Assembly (NCBI RefSeq): GCF_004010195.1
Contig: NC_057752.1
Coordinates: 4,291,626-4,355,625 of the forward strand
DNA length: 64,000 bases
Origin: Chiloscyllium plagiosum
Taxonomy: Eukaryota
Reading direction: 5' to 3'
In this document: positions 12,561 through 25,600 of the stretch, piece by piece
How positions within the stretch are numbered: position 1 is the stretch's first letter
How the letters are laid out: each line of letters begins with the position of its first letter
The notes under the pieces: generated by a model
The model's database searches: none
What the model was told of the DNA's origin: nothing
The model's input: the letters and a program-made list of their open reading frames with translations, nothing else
Program-made: the position numbers and the translations under genes

Positions 12561-13802
12561 AATTACAAAGAGAATAAAGCCACAAGATTCTGTGGTTTTG
12601 AACAAACAACAATAGTAAACACTATGATGCAGCATTAGATCTACAATTCTGTTTGACAATATATAGACAACATATATTCTATCACCCAGAATTCATGAGG
12701 TAAATATGAAAGTAGATAGTGATCAAACACTCTACAGCGCACATCAAATTGCAAATACGATCAAAACAGATCCCACAGATTTCTCAGCAACTCCTCCCAG
12801 ATATTAATGACACAGTGGGTACTGAAACCTCATGAAACCTCACAAGTAATCACAATTTTTTATTGTTGCCAATCTAGCCTTAAAACCCCCTCTCAAGCGA
12901 TATTTACCTCAACTACCTCAACGACTGCCCCCTTTCTGGTTGACCTCCCTCTTTTCCTGGATCCACACTCCCCTGGACTCTAAAACCACACTTTCATCCA
13001 CATACATGAGCATAACATCAGCTCGACTTCGACAACCAAACTCACCGAGTCAGTTCTGGCCCTAACTCTTTCACAAGCCTCCAGTTTTGCCTGGTTATAT
13101 CAAGCAAATCCTGCTTGTGAGGTTTTTACACGACCTTAGCTGCACTGGAGTATTGATGATTCGCCTGAGCCCCTCACAGTTTCTCCCAGCACTGAGTCAG
13201 CAACCTTCCTACTTTGCCAGTTCCTCATGACTTCTTCTGAATCCTAATTCCAACACTTAGCTGCCTACTAACAGCTGGAAGCTCTCCTGAGTTTGTTCTA
13301 AGAGCACAGCGCCATCTAACTCTTCTTAACCTCTCATTGAGTTACCATGTAGTTCAGTTGCCTTCCCAACAGCACAGATTTTTAAAAATGTTACACCGAA
13401 CATGGAAACTGTTCTCGGTCTTCGTCTTTCTCTTAATTTTTTTGAATTTATTGATTTTTCTCCAAAAAATGACAGCAGAACAAGGTGCAATCACAAGCAA
13501 TAAACAACTGTAAACAAAACCCTGCCTCACCCACCCCACAACATACACCTCCCCCAAAATATAAAGGAAAAAAAATGACAAACATCCCTAATAAATACAA
13601 GCATACACAACGCACAAGACCATAATAAATTGGAGCAACAGAAAGATAACTGCATTAGCAAAAGTAGAAGAAAAATACAAGAAATACAGAAGATACCTCA
13701 GTATGGAGCAGTTAAAAAGGCAACACCCTTAACATATGAATGAAATGGGTTCCAGATTTTTGTAAATTTGTTAGAGGAGCCAGATAAGGATAATCTAATA
13801 GA

Positions 13803-14645
13803 GTCATAGAGTCATACAGATGTACAGCACTGAGACAGACCCTCCAACTCGTCCATGCCGACCAGCTATCCCAACCGAACTAGCACCCGGCCCATATTCC
13901 TCTAAACCCTTCCTATTCATGTGCCCATCCAGATGCCTTTTAAATGGTGCAACTGTACCGGCCTCCATCACTTCCTCTGGCAGCTCATTCCATATACGTA
14001 CCACCCTCTGTGTGAAATCGTTGCTCCTTACGTCTCTTTTATATCTTTCCCCTCTCACTCTAAACCTATGCCCTCTAGTATGGACTCCCCAACCTTAGGG
14101 AAAAGACCTTGTCTATTTATCCTATCCATGCCCCTCATGATTTTATAAACCTCTATAAGGTCACCCCTCAGCCTCTGACGCTCCAGAGAAAACAGCCACA
14201 GCCTGTTCAGCCTCTCCCTATAGCTCAAATCCTCCAACCTTGGCAACATCCTTGTAAATGTTTTCTGAACCCTTTCAAGTTTCACAATATCTTTCCAATA
14301 GGAAGGAGACCAGAATTGCATGCAATATTCCAACAGTGGCCTAACCAATGTCCTGTACAGCCACAACATGACCTTCCAATTCCTGTACTCAATACTCTGA
14401 CCAATAAAGGAAAGCACACCAAACGCCTTCTTCACTATCCTATCTACCTGTGACTCCATTTTCAAGGAGCTATGAACCTGCACTCCAAGGTCTCTTTGTT
14501 CAACAACACTCCCTCAGGCCTTACCATTAAGCGTATAAGTTCTATTCTGATTTGTTTTCCCAAAATGCAGCACCTTGCATTTATCTAAATTAAACTCCAA
14601 CTGCCACTTCTCAGCCCATTGGCCCATTTGATCAAGATCCTGTTG
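13803..14645 (-). mobile_element. CR1/HER1 3' fragment nested in L1
   Basis: LYRTLVRPLLEYCMQFWSPSY...[13 protein letters not shown]. Confidence 0.9.
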
Positions 14646-14646
14646 A

Positions 14647-15160
14647 TCGGAAAGATGTTGTGAAACTTGAAAGGGTTGAGAAAAGATTTACAAGGATGTT
14701 GCCAGGGTTGGAGGGTTTGAGCTATAGGGAGGAGCTGAATAGTCTAGGGCTGTTTTACCTGGAGTGCCGGAGGCTGAGGGGTGACCTTATAGAGGTTTAC
14801 AAAATCATGAGGGGTATGGATAGGATAAATAGACAAAGCCTTTTCCCTGGGGTCGGGGAGTCCAGAACTAGAGGGCATAGGTTTAAGGTGAGAGAGAGGA
14901 AAGATATAAAAAAGACATAAGGGGCAACTTTTTCATGCAGAGGGTGGTACGTGTATGGAATGAGCTGCCAGAGGAAGTGGTGGAGGCTGGTACAATTGCA
15001 ACATTTAAAAGGCATCTGGATGGGTATATGAATAGGAAGGGCTTCGAGGGATATGGGCCAAGTGCTGGCAAATGGGCCTAGATTAGGTTAGGATATCTGG
15101 TCAGCATGGACAAGTGGACTAAAGGGTATGTTTCCATGCTGTACATCTCTCTGACTCTAA
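14647..15160 (+). mobile_element. CR1/HER1 3' fragment, inverted relative to the adjacent copy
   Basis: [21 protein letters not shown]...SRTRGHRFKV plus 3' UTR. Confidence 0.9.
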
Positions 15161-16124
15161 GTGGCTTTTAGGAACTGAAAACGTATCAACTAATTGTTGA
15201 AAGGATGCAAAAAAAAACACCATCAGTATATGAATTGTTCACATTAATTATTCCTAACTTAGCCCAACCACTGCCCACTAAAGATGGGGGAGAAATATGA
15301 TTTGCTGTCAACAGTGCATTTGTAAAAAAATTGACTGAAAGCCAATGTGGCGTGTAAATTGAAACCAAATTTTAAGACAGGATAAATTGAGGTAGATGAA
15401 AGGAGAGGTGAATGTAATAAAGCCTTCAATGATACCGGGTGGGTGGAATTTGTCTCAATAGTCAACCATATTGGAAGAGCATCAAGATTCTCATATTGGA
15501 GCCAATCGTTCAAATTGCGAATGTTTGCTGCCCAATAATAAAACAAAATATTGAGGAACGCCATTCCATCTTCGACCTTTGTCACAACTGTTTTCGTAAC
15601 CTAGGATTTTTTAAATTCCAAATAAATTCAAGAATGAGACTATCTACTTTACAGAAAAATTAAAGAGGGGGAGAAATTGGAATGCATTGAAATAAATAAG
15701 ACAATCGTGGAAAAATATTCATTTCAATGGAATTAATTCTAGCAGCAACAAACAAATTAAGGAGAGACCATCGTTTGAAGTCTCATCTAATTTGTACCAT
15801 AGAGTTATAGAGATGCACAGCATGGCAGCAGACCCTTCAGTCCAACTCGTCCATAACGGTTTAAAACATTTCCTGTACAAATTACCTAGCATACACCAAG
15901 ATAAGCAAAACCAGAGTTGGAAGTTTTAAATGGTAAATTATCTAGTGGGTATTCCCTGGCAGACTTTATTGATGGCAAGTATCTCACTTGTTCTTAAATT
16001 CAATTTATACCCAGGAATCTTACTGAAAAATTATAAAACTGAAAGTGCGTTGGGAATGGAGAGAGCTAAGTTTGAGACAAATAGCAAAAGATCATCTAGA
16101 TAGTGGCCAACCTTTAACTCCAAA

Positions 16125-16812
16125 GAGAAAGTGAGGATTGCAGATGCTGGAGACAAGAGCTGAAAAATGTGTTGCTGGAAAAGCACAGCAGGTCAGGCAG
16201 CATCCGAGGAGCAGGAGAATCGACGTTTCGGGCATAAGCCCTTCTTCAGGAATGAAGCTGGTGTGCCAAGCAGGCTAAGATAAAAGGTGTGGTGGGGTGG
16301 ACTTTGGGAGAGGGGCGCTGCGAATATGATAGGTAGAAGGAGGTGAGGGTGAGGGTGATAGGCCAGAGAGGGGCTGGGGACGGAGAGGTCGGGAAGAGGA
16401 TTGCGGGTCAAGAGGGCGGTGCTGAATCCAGGGGTTGGGACTGAGATAAGGTGGGGGGAGGGGAAATGAGGAAGCTGGAGAAATCTACATTCATCCCGTG
16501 TGGTTGGAGGGTTCGTAGGCGGAAGATGAGGCGCTCTTCATTGATCCGGGAGCATAGAGGGATGAAGGTGAGACCTCTGCTGAGGACTTCTTCAAAGACC
16601 ACAACTTCCCTCTGACATGGTCAATGATGGTGTGGTGGTGCAGGTGAATTTGCGACGGATATGGAAGGATCCATTGGGGCCTTGGAGGGAGGTGAAGGGG
16701 GAGGTGTGGGCGCAAGTTTTGCACTTCTTGCGGTTGCAGGGGAAGATGCCGGGAGTGGAGGTTGGGTTGGTGGGGGATGTGGACCTGACGAGGGAGTCGC
16801 GGAGGGAGTGTC
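16125..16812 (-). mobile_element. Penelope-like element fragment (GIY-YIG region plus terminal repeat) nested in L1
   Basis: PGIFPCNRKKCKTCAH cysteine motif and ERLIFRLRTLQPHGMN on -; terminus with a hammerhead core. Confidence 0.8.
16217..16254 (-). ncRNA. Minimal hammerhead ribozyme motif in Penelope terminal repeat
   Basis: Minus strand CUGAAGA-A-GGGC(UUAU)GCCC-GAAAC-GUC; predicted cleavage after GUC between 16222 and 16221. Confidence 0.65.
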
Positions 16813-19800
16813 AAAGGACAGCCTTGTCTAGAAATAATCAGAATTCATGTTATTGGGCCTAACAGAGGACTATGGTGATGCAGTTTGATCCAAGAAATAC
16901 ATTTTTCCCCAAAGCCAAATTCCTCCAAAATAAAAGAAAAGATTCCACCCTATCAAAGGCTTTTTCAGCGTCTAAAGATATCAAAGCCTCAGGGAGAGTG
17001 GATGGGGAAAAACTGTAAACAACGTTAAAGTCCCGCGTAGGATTAAAAAAGGAGTGCCTGTTGCAAATGAATCCAGTTTGATCCAAGGACATGATAGTTG
17101 GAAGGATGGTTTCCAAACATCGGGTTAATAGCTTTGACAATCATTTAAAGTCAACATTTCACAGATTTATAGGACAATATGAACCACACAATAAGGAATC
17201 TTTGCCTTTCTTTAAAAGCAAAGAAATTGATGTCCGAGTTAAACTTTGAGGAAGAGAGCCAGAATTAAACGCTTCAACAAACACATCTGCCAAAAGCAGC
17301 GCCAGCTTTCTCCAAAATGTTTTATAAAACTCAGCTGGAAAACCATCGGCTCCAGGACTTTTACCACTATGCAGTGATCTAGCCGCAGCCTCCAGTTCTA
17401 TTGCGGTGACTGGTTTTTCCAATTCCTTTGCCACATTTGGATCAATAGTAGGAACATTATTTTTATCAAAACAGGTCTCAAAATCTGCTGTAGCAGAAGA
17501 GCATTCAGATGAATAAAGTGGAACGTAAAATTCTTAATAAGTCTTGTTGATTTCTAATGGGTCTGACGTGACACCTGAATTAGCCTTAATTTGTGGGATT
17601 AATTGAGATGAAGACATTTGGCACATCTCATGTGCCAACAGTTTGCTACTTCTATCTCCTTGTTCATAACATTTCGACTTAGAGTGAAGTAAGAACTTGG
17701 TGGTGGATTGTGACATTACCACACCATACTCGGCCTGTAGGGATATTCATTCTTTATATACTTCTGAGGACTTAGAGATTGCATAAAGAGAGTCTAATTG
17801 AGCCAAACGTTGTGTGAACCATGCCGATTTCTCTTTCCTAAACCTATTCTAAGAGTAAGTGTGCATTGAGACTCCAAGGTGGATGTGTATTAAGAATGTT
17901 CGGAAAGCGAACATTCACAGAGACAGATGCATGGTCTGATAAAACAACTGAATCATACTTGCAACCAGAAATGGATGCAAGCAGTCTATTACCCACCAAA
18001 AATAAATCAGTATGTGTAAAAGTGTGATGGACGTGCAAAAAAAAAGAATATTCCTTTTTAGAGAGATGAAAGAACTGCCAGGGATCAACAATATTAAACT
18101 CTTCCATAAAAATTTTAATTATTTTGGACTGGGCACTTGGAACAGAGGAAGAATGGTCTAAGTGAAGATTCAACCAACAGTTAAAATCTCCTCCCGAGAT
18201 TAGCTGGTGTGAAGATAAATCCGGTTACATTGAAAGGGACCGTTTGAAAAAAACCTCATCATCCCATTTGGGAGCATCGACATTAGCCAAGATTACATTA
18301 ATATCAAAAATCTGTCCAGTAAACATAATATATCTGGCAGTAGAGTCAGAGATAGTTTTAGCATGGATGAGAGGAATAGATTTATGTTAAAAAATAGCAA
18401 CTCCTCTAGATCTGCTAGAAAAGGAGGAAATATACACTTGTCCAATTCAACCTTGTTTCAATTTAGGACTGTCTATATTTGTCACATTGGCTTCTTGTGA
18501 AAAAATTATATTAAGATGGCGTAAATAATGTGAAATCTTATTGCGTTTAATTGGGTTGTTCAGGCCTTTGCAGTTCAGACTGGCAAATTTAATGTCCCCA
18601 CTTACCAAGGGTGGTGAAGCATTAACCTGTGTTATATGTAATAATCACACGTAAAATTCCAAATGTGCAATAATAGATAAACAAATGTAAACCTTGTAAA
18701 AGTGAGGTATGTGCTGCCCCACCCCCATCCCCATCAGAACAAAACAAACTCCACCACCTGCCATAACAGTATCTCCCCCTATGATGGAATACCTGCCCAC
18801 CAACCCCTCTCCCACCCAGCAGAACCCCCTCCACATGGGTGTGTGCTCTCTTCCCCCATAGTTAAAAAAAACTGTCCTCTTTTGTAGCTCAAGCGAACTA
18901 CATGGTGACCTCGGGAAATATAGAAGTTAACTGTACAAAAACTACGAAGCAAAAATGAGTAAAAATGTAAATGTAATACAAAATACTGTACATAGTTAAA
19001 CAATTAAACTCTACATTCTTTGGTACCAATACAGCAACCTTTCAACAAAATAAAGTTTTGAATAAAAAAACATGCACTTCTTGGCGAATGAAGAATACCA
19101 AATCCAAGTCTCTAAACACAGCATACCGTCCATCTTCATCTCTTCAGAGGGAAATGTAGTCTTTGTCCATGGTAGTGTAAAGCTAATGGCTAGTCGGCCT
19201 AGTTAGGCCCAACCATCAATCCGGCTCTAGAACCGCGAGCTTTTTAAGGTTTATATTCACAAAGTCGATAGCCCGTCCCGGGTCATCAAACCTATGAGTT
19301 AGGCCACTCGGCAAAATGATATGTAATATCGCCGGATAACAAAGGCCAAATTTAATGCTAGGACATGAGGGTAGCTCCTTCTTTACCTTGGCAAAAGCTG
19401 CATGCTGCTTAGCCACAGTCGGGGGGAAATAGGGAAAAACATATACTCTTTTTCCATTATATTCAAGAGCAGAAGCATCTCCAGCACAGCATAGAATGTG
19501 ATTTCTCACTTGAAACTGGTTCACCCTGACGACCATAGGGCGAGATAACTCGCCTTCTTTCAGTTTAGCACGCAGCGTGTGATGAGCCCTGTCCAACACA
19601 GGTTTAGCCTCAAGTCTGAGCAAGTCCTGTAAATGTTGGGCCATAAATTCTGTGGGGCGAGGACCCTCCAATCCCTTCGGGTAAACCCACAAGTCAAATA
19701 TTATTCCACCTGGAGTGGGCTTCCAAGTCTTTTATTTATATTATTTCTTAGTCAGAGACTCAATCATCTGTTTTCCGGACTGTTTAAGTTCAGCAATTCT

Positions 19801-20899
19801 AACTGTGAAAATTCTCACTTTGCCCTCTCTGGCCTTTAGCCCAAGCACCTCAAGCAGTTTAATGGGTCAGTTATTGGAGCCCAGTGGTCTCCTGACTCCA
19901 CTCCACCTCCCTTAGCACTTGTCCAGATGTGTCTGAATATCATTTAATATATTTACACTATTTTAAAAACCTAATAGGTTATGAAACATCAGTTCTCTGC
20001 CTTAAACCATGTTGACTCTGCACAATCACATTATAATCTCAAGTGATTTCTGACAGATATCTTAATAATGGGTTCCATAATGTTACCAACATTTTCTTAA
20101 CCAGTTTAGAATTCCTTCTTTTCTCTATCATCTTTTCTCAAAAGGGGTGTTGTTTCTGCTACCTTCCAATTTACTGGGACTGTTCCAGAATTGTGGGAAT
20201 GTTGGAAGAACACAACCAATGCATGTCCCATCTCTGCAGCCCCCTCTTTTCGAACCCTAGACTGCAGACATTTGGTGTATTAGATTTGTCAGCTTCTAGT
20301 CAAATTAATTTCTCCATTTTTAAAAGAAATTACTAATGTCAGTTCCTCATTCTCATTAGTCCCTTAGCTCCCAACTATTTCTGGTATTTTTTCTGTTTTC
20401 TGCTATGAAGACAAATGCAAAATATTCTTTTAAAATCTCACTCATTGCTTTGTCCCCAGTATAACTTCACCTCGCTCAGCTTTTAAGGGACTCCTGCTTA
20501 CTTTTGCTATTCTCTTCCTTTTTATTGGTGTTTATCCCAACTTTTACAAACATTTTTATATTTATTGCTACTTCCTCACGATCAACATTTTAGTCAACAT
20601 TTGATGATTTTGAAAATTTTCCCAAACCGCCATTTTATTACTCTGCTTGACATCATTACAAGTCTCTCTTTATCTAATCCTATCCTTAATCTTTCATCAG
20701 TCATGGATGGATCTGCCTTCCACTGGAATCTTTCTCAATAAATCTATATTCATTGAAAAGCACAAACTATTTCTCTAAATTTTCATGATCTATTGTCATA
20801 TCTTTTAATCTAATTTTTCAATCTACCTTAGTCAACTCATGTTTCAAACCTATGTAATTAGTTTTACATCTAAGAATGTGTTTTTGAACTTTTAAAATT

Positions 20900-21985
20900 A
20901 TGTGTCATGGGAGGTGGGCATGACTGGCAAAGCTGGCATTTATTGTTCATCCCTAGTGAAGGTTGTGGTAAGCTATCTTCTTGAATCATCGCAGTTCATT
21001 TGGCATAGGTATACCCATAATGCTGTTAGGAAGTTCCAGGATTTTGACCCAGCGACAGTGAAGGATCGATGGTTTATTTCCAAATCAGGATGGCGAGTGG
21101 CTTGGAAGGGAACTTACAAGTGGTGGTGTCTCCATGTGTCTGCTGACCTTGTCCTTAAAGTTGATGGGGAGGCATGGGTTCGGCAGCAGCTGTCTGAGGA
21201 GATTTTGTAAGTTGCTGCAGAACATCTTTTGCTGCAGAACACCGTGGGCGGCACGGTGGCACAGTGGTTAGCACTGCTGCCTCACAGCGCCAGAGACCCG
21301 GGTTCAATTCCCGCCTCAGGCGACTGACTGTGTGGAGTTTGCACATTCTCCCCGTGTCTGCGTGGGTTTCCTCCGGGTGCTCCGGTTTCCTCCCACAGTC
21401 CAAAGATGTGCTGGTCAGGTGAATTGACCATGCTAAATTGCCCGTAGTGTTAGGTTTAAGGGGTAAATGTAGGGGTATGGGTGGGTTGCGCTTCGGCGGG
21501 TCGGTGTGGACTTGTTGGGCCGAAGGGCCTGTTTCCACACTGTGAGTAATCTAATCTAATCTTGCAAATAGTGACCATTGCTCCTACTGAGTGTCAGTGG
21601 TGGAGGGAGTGAATGTTGAACGTGGTGAATGTGGTGTCATTCAAGTAGGGGCTGCTTTGTCCTGGGTGGGGTCAAGCTTCTTGAGAGTTGTTGGAGCTGC
21701 ACCCATCCAGGCAAGTGGGGATTATTCCACCGCACTCCTGACTTGTGCCTTGTCGATGGTGGACAGGCTTTGGGGAGTCAGGTGGTGAGTTACTTGCCGC
21801 AGTATTCCCAGCCTCTTGGAGCCACTGTGTTTATGTGGCAAGTACAGTTCAGTTTGTGGTCAATGGTAACCCCCAGGATGTTGATCGTGGGAAGACTCAG
21901 TTTTAGTAATGCCATTGAATGGTCAAGGGCAGATGGTTAGATTCTCTCTTCTTGGAGATGGTCATTGCCTGGCAGTTATGGTGTT
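20900..21985 (-). mobile_element. Degraded non-LTR (CR1/L2 group) 3' fragment with a nested near-consensus HE1 SINE (+, 21244-21560)
   Basis: LINE tail resembles the tail of the SINE at 6857-7208; the HE1 copy ends in (TAATC)n. Confidence 0.7.
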
Positions 21986-22358
21986 ATAAAGGCAATAAAA
22001 CATTATTTCACATTGCTACCACTCTCCACAGAGCACCCCCTAGAATTTTTAAACAATGCAATCTGATTACATTCGATGAGATCTTTTGTAACTAATCTCT
22101 TAGACCTGGTTCTTCCCTTTTGAATCATTTTTTCAAACAACTTCCCCAGGACATCCCTGTGTTTTTATAACATGGAGACAAGAGCTAGGTCACTTGGGAA
22201 TTGAAGCAAATTCCCGAAGGGAATTCCTAAGTGGTTGTCTATGATTCTGCACATCTACCACTTTTCAAAATGCGAGGGAAGACATTGTCTCTCTGATGGG
22301 AGTTAATTGTAAAACAATTCCTGATGATAGTACACACACATAAAATGTTTCATCAAAT

Positions 22359-22364
22359 TTTATT
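22359..22364 (-). terminator. Polyadenylation signal (AATAAA) of krt8-like gene
   Basis: TTTATT on + strand about 175 nt downstream of the stop codon. Confidence 0.65.
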
Positions 22365-22538
22365 TCACGTTTGGTACCAGGAATGGTACAAAATCCTTCA
22401 TTCTTCCTTATTCTCAAGGTCCTTTAAAAGGACACTTGATGATGACTTAAGATACATTTTAACCAAGAACGGTTGAAATTCAAGAAATTGAAAATGATTG
22501 AAATGATAAGACATATCTTTCTCTAAAACACAAAGCTT

Positions 22539-22687
22539 TCATTTTCTTGGATAAAAGGGGGACTCGGAGAGTGTTCTTCCATCCTTGGTTTCGATGGTCT
22601 TGACAATGAGGGATTTGCTCACTCCACTTGTTTCCAGCCCACCACGGTTCAAGCTCTCGAGCTGGAGTTGTGGATGTCCATAACTTG
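22539..22687 (-). CDS. krt8: krt8-like exon 9 (tail end, TGA stop)
   Basis: ccccattcag|...[28 protein letters not shown]; resembles K8 C-terminal VVKKIETRDGKLVSES. Confidence 0.85.
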
Positions 22688-25600
22688 CTGAATGGGGACG
22701 GATTTAAACACATGAGCAAAGAGAAGGAGCAACAATTGCACTGAAAACATAACTTGCCTAAGCCACCCATTCATTATACTGAGCCTCTCAGCAGTTCCTG
22801 CGGTTGCAGATGTCTGCAGTGTTGCTAAGGGTTGGGGGACATAAATTGCGACTTTTTGTGTGGTCCATCAGATTTGACAGATTCCGTCCCACACCCGACC
22901 AATCTTTGTTTGTGAGCCCTGGCAGTATCTACAAAGAAGGCCTTTTGCTGTGGGATTCAAGGAGGGCTGGAGGACAGGGTGTGTCGATTGGACCAAGCTC
23001 TCTGGCTCAATGGGGGGGAGGGGGGCGGAGGAGTGTGTGTGTGTGTGTGTGTGTGTTACTGTTTGTGCGTGTGTGTCGATGTCTGTGTGTATGTCTGTGT
23101 GTTACTGTGTGTGTTACTGTGTGTGTTACTGTGTGTGTTACTGTGTGTGTGTGTGCTAGTCTGTCTCTGTCCATGTGTGTGTGTCTGTCTGTGTGTATAT
23201 GTGTCTGTGTGTATGCATCTGTGTGTGTATGTGTGTTACTATGTCTGTGTTGGTGTGTGTGCATCTATATCCATGTGTGTGTGTGTTATTATGTGTATGT
23301 GTGTCTCTGTCTGTGTTTTAATTTTATCTTTGATCTGCAATTATCTGTTTGGCAGGAAATGTTGAGTGGATTTGGTATGACTTCAATATAAAATCATCCA
23401 CTGTTTCTGGACTTGAGCACTGTATACAAATTTGGGAGTCACGAATCAATAAGGGAAAATGATTTTGCACTCTCCCCCCTCAAACTCTCTATGCTTGCAG
23501 CACAGATACCTCTTGCCACCCACCACTAAGCATATAACAACTTAACCCAGTCCCGCTCACAGCTCTTCACAGTGACTGCCATGCGCAGCAAAATGGATCT
23601 TGCTCTGCTCAAAGTGATTAGATTTTGGTAATAAAAATAACTTAGCAGTTCTCTTACTTTTGACTGAATGATGATAGGTGACATTCACTGGGGTTGACAG
23701 CCTGAAATCAGAGACAAAAGAATAACTGTTACTGGAATGAACACACAGGAACACCCAAGGCTGGCTTAAGGTAGGAGAAAGCTCACATCCCTCTAATCCT
23801 GCTGCTGGTGGATTCAACTGCACTTTGAAAAGCTTTAAACTCCGAGGTGGGAAATTCCCTTGGAGCTTCCCCATGCTTAGTGTGTCTTAACTCTGCAAGA
23901 ACAGCAGTGACCAATGCACTCCTGGTGTGGGTGAAGGGACAATGCCTCGGAGTGCTCTCCCTGCCAAGTGCTCAACCACTGACGTGAGTGGTGTCAAACT
24001 TCGAATCATTTTAAGGTCGGGGTATCAGCATCAAATTTGTAATGGGCTGGCAGGTACGTGCCATGACTAACATATAGTGCCCACTTGCTCCGTGCAATCC
24101 GAAGAATTAGAAGGAGAAGGCTGCTCAGCATTCTTACCAACAAGATCTTCAACCAGAGACTGGTCCAAAAAAGAATTTGTCCCATTATTTTGTTCCAAAA
24201 TTAGACAAAGTTTTTTGAATAAAGTAAAAAAAAAACACATTTCAAAATGCTGTCACTTGAAAAACTACAGAAGTTACTATTAAATTCAACCTCTCTCCAT
24301 TCTATTTCAAAATGCTTCATATTTACAATATATTTTCCATGTTAGGCATACAGCCAGAGGACAAAACATTATAAGTTGCAAATTTCAGGAAGTGTGATTG
24401 AAATAAGCTTATCTCTGTACACCATGTCCCATTCCAAGACGCCCCAGTTCAGTTCCAACAAACGGGATGTTCACAATACACACTCCCAGTCAGGTATACA
24501 GTCCAAGGGGACTCAATGGTGTCAAGCCTGTCAGTGTGCTATGGATAAGAACCCCCTTCCCCACAGCCTGAGCATCCAGGGCCTTCCTTCTTCCTGGTGG
24601 ATCCCACCCCCCCCACAGCCAACCGGAGTCGACAGCATCTTGTTTTATTCAAGATAAGCATCTTCAGCCCAATGCTGGGTCGCAACTGAGCCAGGGGAGT
24701 GGGATCTCTCGGCATGGGCTGGCACTAGCATTGGCTCTGCCTTCTGAGAGCTACCATGCTCTTGGCCAGACTGTACAAAGCTCAGGTGTAGCCACACTTG
24801 GAGTATTACGCACAGTTCTGGTTGCCACATTATTGGAAGGATGTGGGAGCGTTGGAAAGGGTTCAGAGGAGATTTACTAGGATGTTGCCTGGTATGGAGG
24901 GAAGGAAGGGTGTTAGAGGAAAGGCTGAAGGACTTGAGGTTGTTTTCGTTAGAGAGAAGAAGGTTAAGAGGTGACTTAATAGAGGCACACAAGATAATCA
25001 GAGGGTTAGATAAGGTGGACAGTAAGAGCCTTTTTCCTCAGATGGTGATGGCTAGCACTAGGGGGCATAGCTTTAAATTAAGGAGTGATAGGTATAGGAC
25101 AGTTGTCAGAGGTAGGTTCTTTACTCAGAGTGCAGTAAAAGCGTGGAATTCCCTGCCTGCAACAGGAGTAGACATGCCAAGTTTAAGGGCATATAAATGG
25201 GCATTGGTTAGTCATATGGATGAAAATGGAATAGTGTAGGTTAGATGGGCCTCAGGTTGGTTCTACAGGCCAGCAAAACAGTGAGGGCCAAAGGGCCTGT
25301 ACTGTGCTGGGATGTTCTATGCTCTGTGGTGTCGTTTGGCTTGTGTGAGGTAGGCTTGTGTGACAAGGCTGCCGAGGCCGAATTGGAAACGGCAGGAACC
25401 CAATGCAACTCGAACCTCGGCTGCTTCCTGCTGGGTTCCATTCGACCTACACTGGAAGCCCAACATATATATCTCTCTTGCTCCCTTTCTCTCTCTCTCT
25501 ACCCAGCCCTAGGGTCATACTATGCAGTGCTCTTAAACAGGATCCATCTTTTGTGTATCCCAGAACATAGCCTTCTAGAAAAGTGCCAAACTTAGTCAAC

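Larger units (their letters stand above)
13430..19920 (-). mobile_element. Decayed near-full-length L1-clade LINE (ORF1, APE-RT ORF2) with nested insertions
   Basis: ORF1 LEGPRPTEF...VLDRAHHTL...RVYVFPYFPP (19216-19692); APE start DIKFASLNCKGLNNPIKR (~18600) and LSDHA; RT KSPGADGFPAEFYK, DQTGFI, SLDAEKAFDRV; C-terminus KFTKIWNPF (~13750); AATAAA and A-tract at ~13435-13452; many stops and frameshifts. Confidence 0.88.

Noticed and set aside
21244..21320. tRNA-like sequence with A and B boxes
   Set aside because: It is the tRNA-derived head of an HE1 SINE, not a tRNA gene.
22804..23391. Cys/Val-rich and His/Thr-rich ORFs
   Set aside because: Translations of the (GT)n microsatellite in krt8-like intron 8.
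24138..24159. Possible 22-nt minus-strand exon (gaccag|...|gtaaga) in krt8-like intron 7
   Set aside because: Its phase does not fit the tail exons and the peptide is not keratin-like; 23701-23658 fits better. It could at most be a cryptic poison exon.
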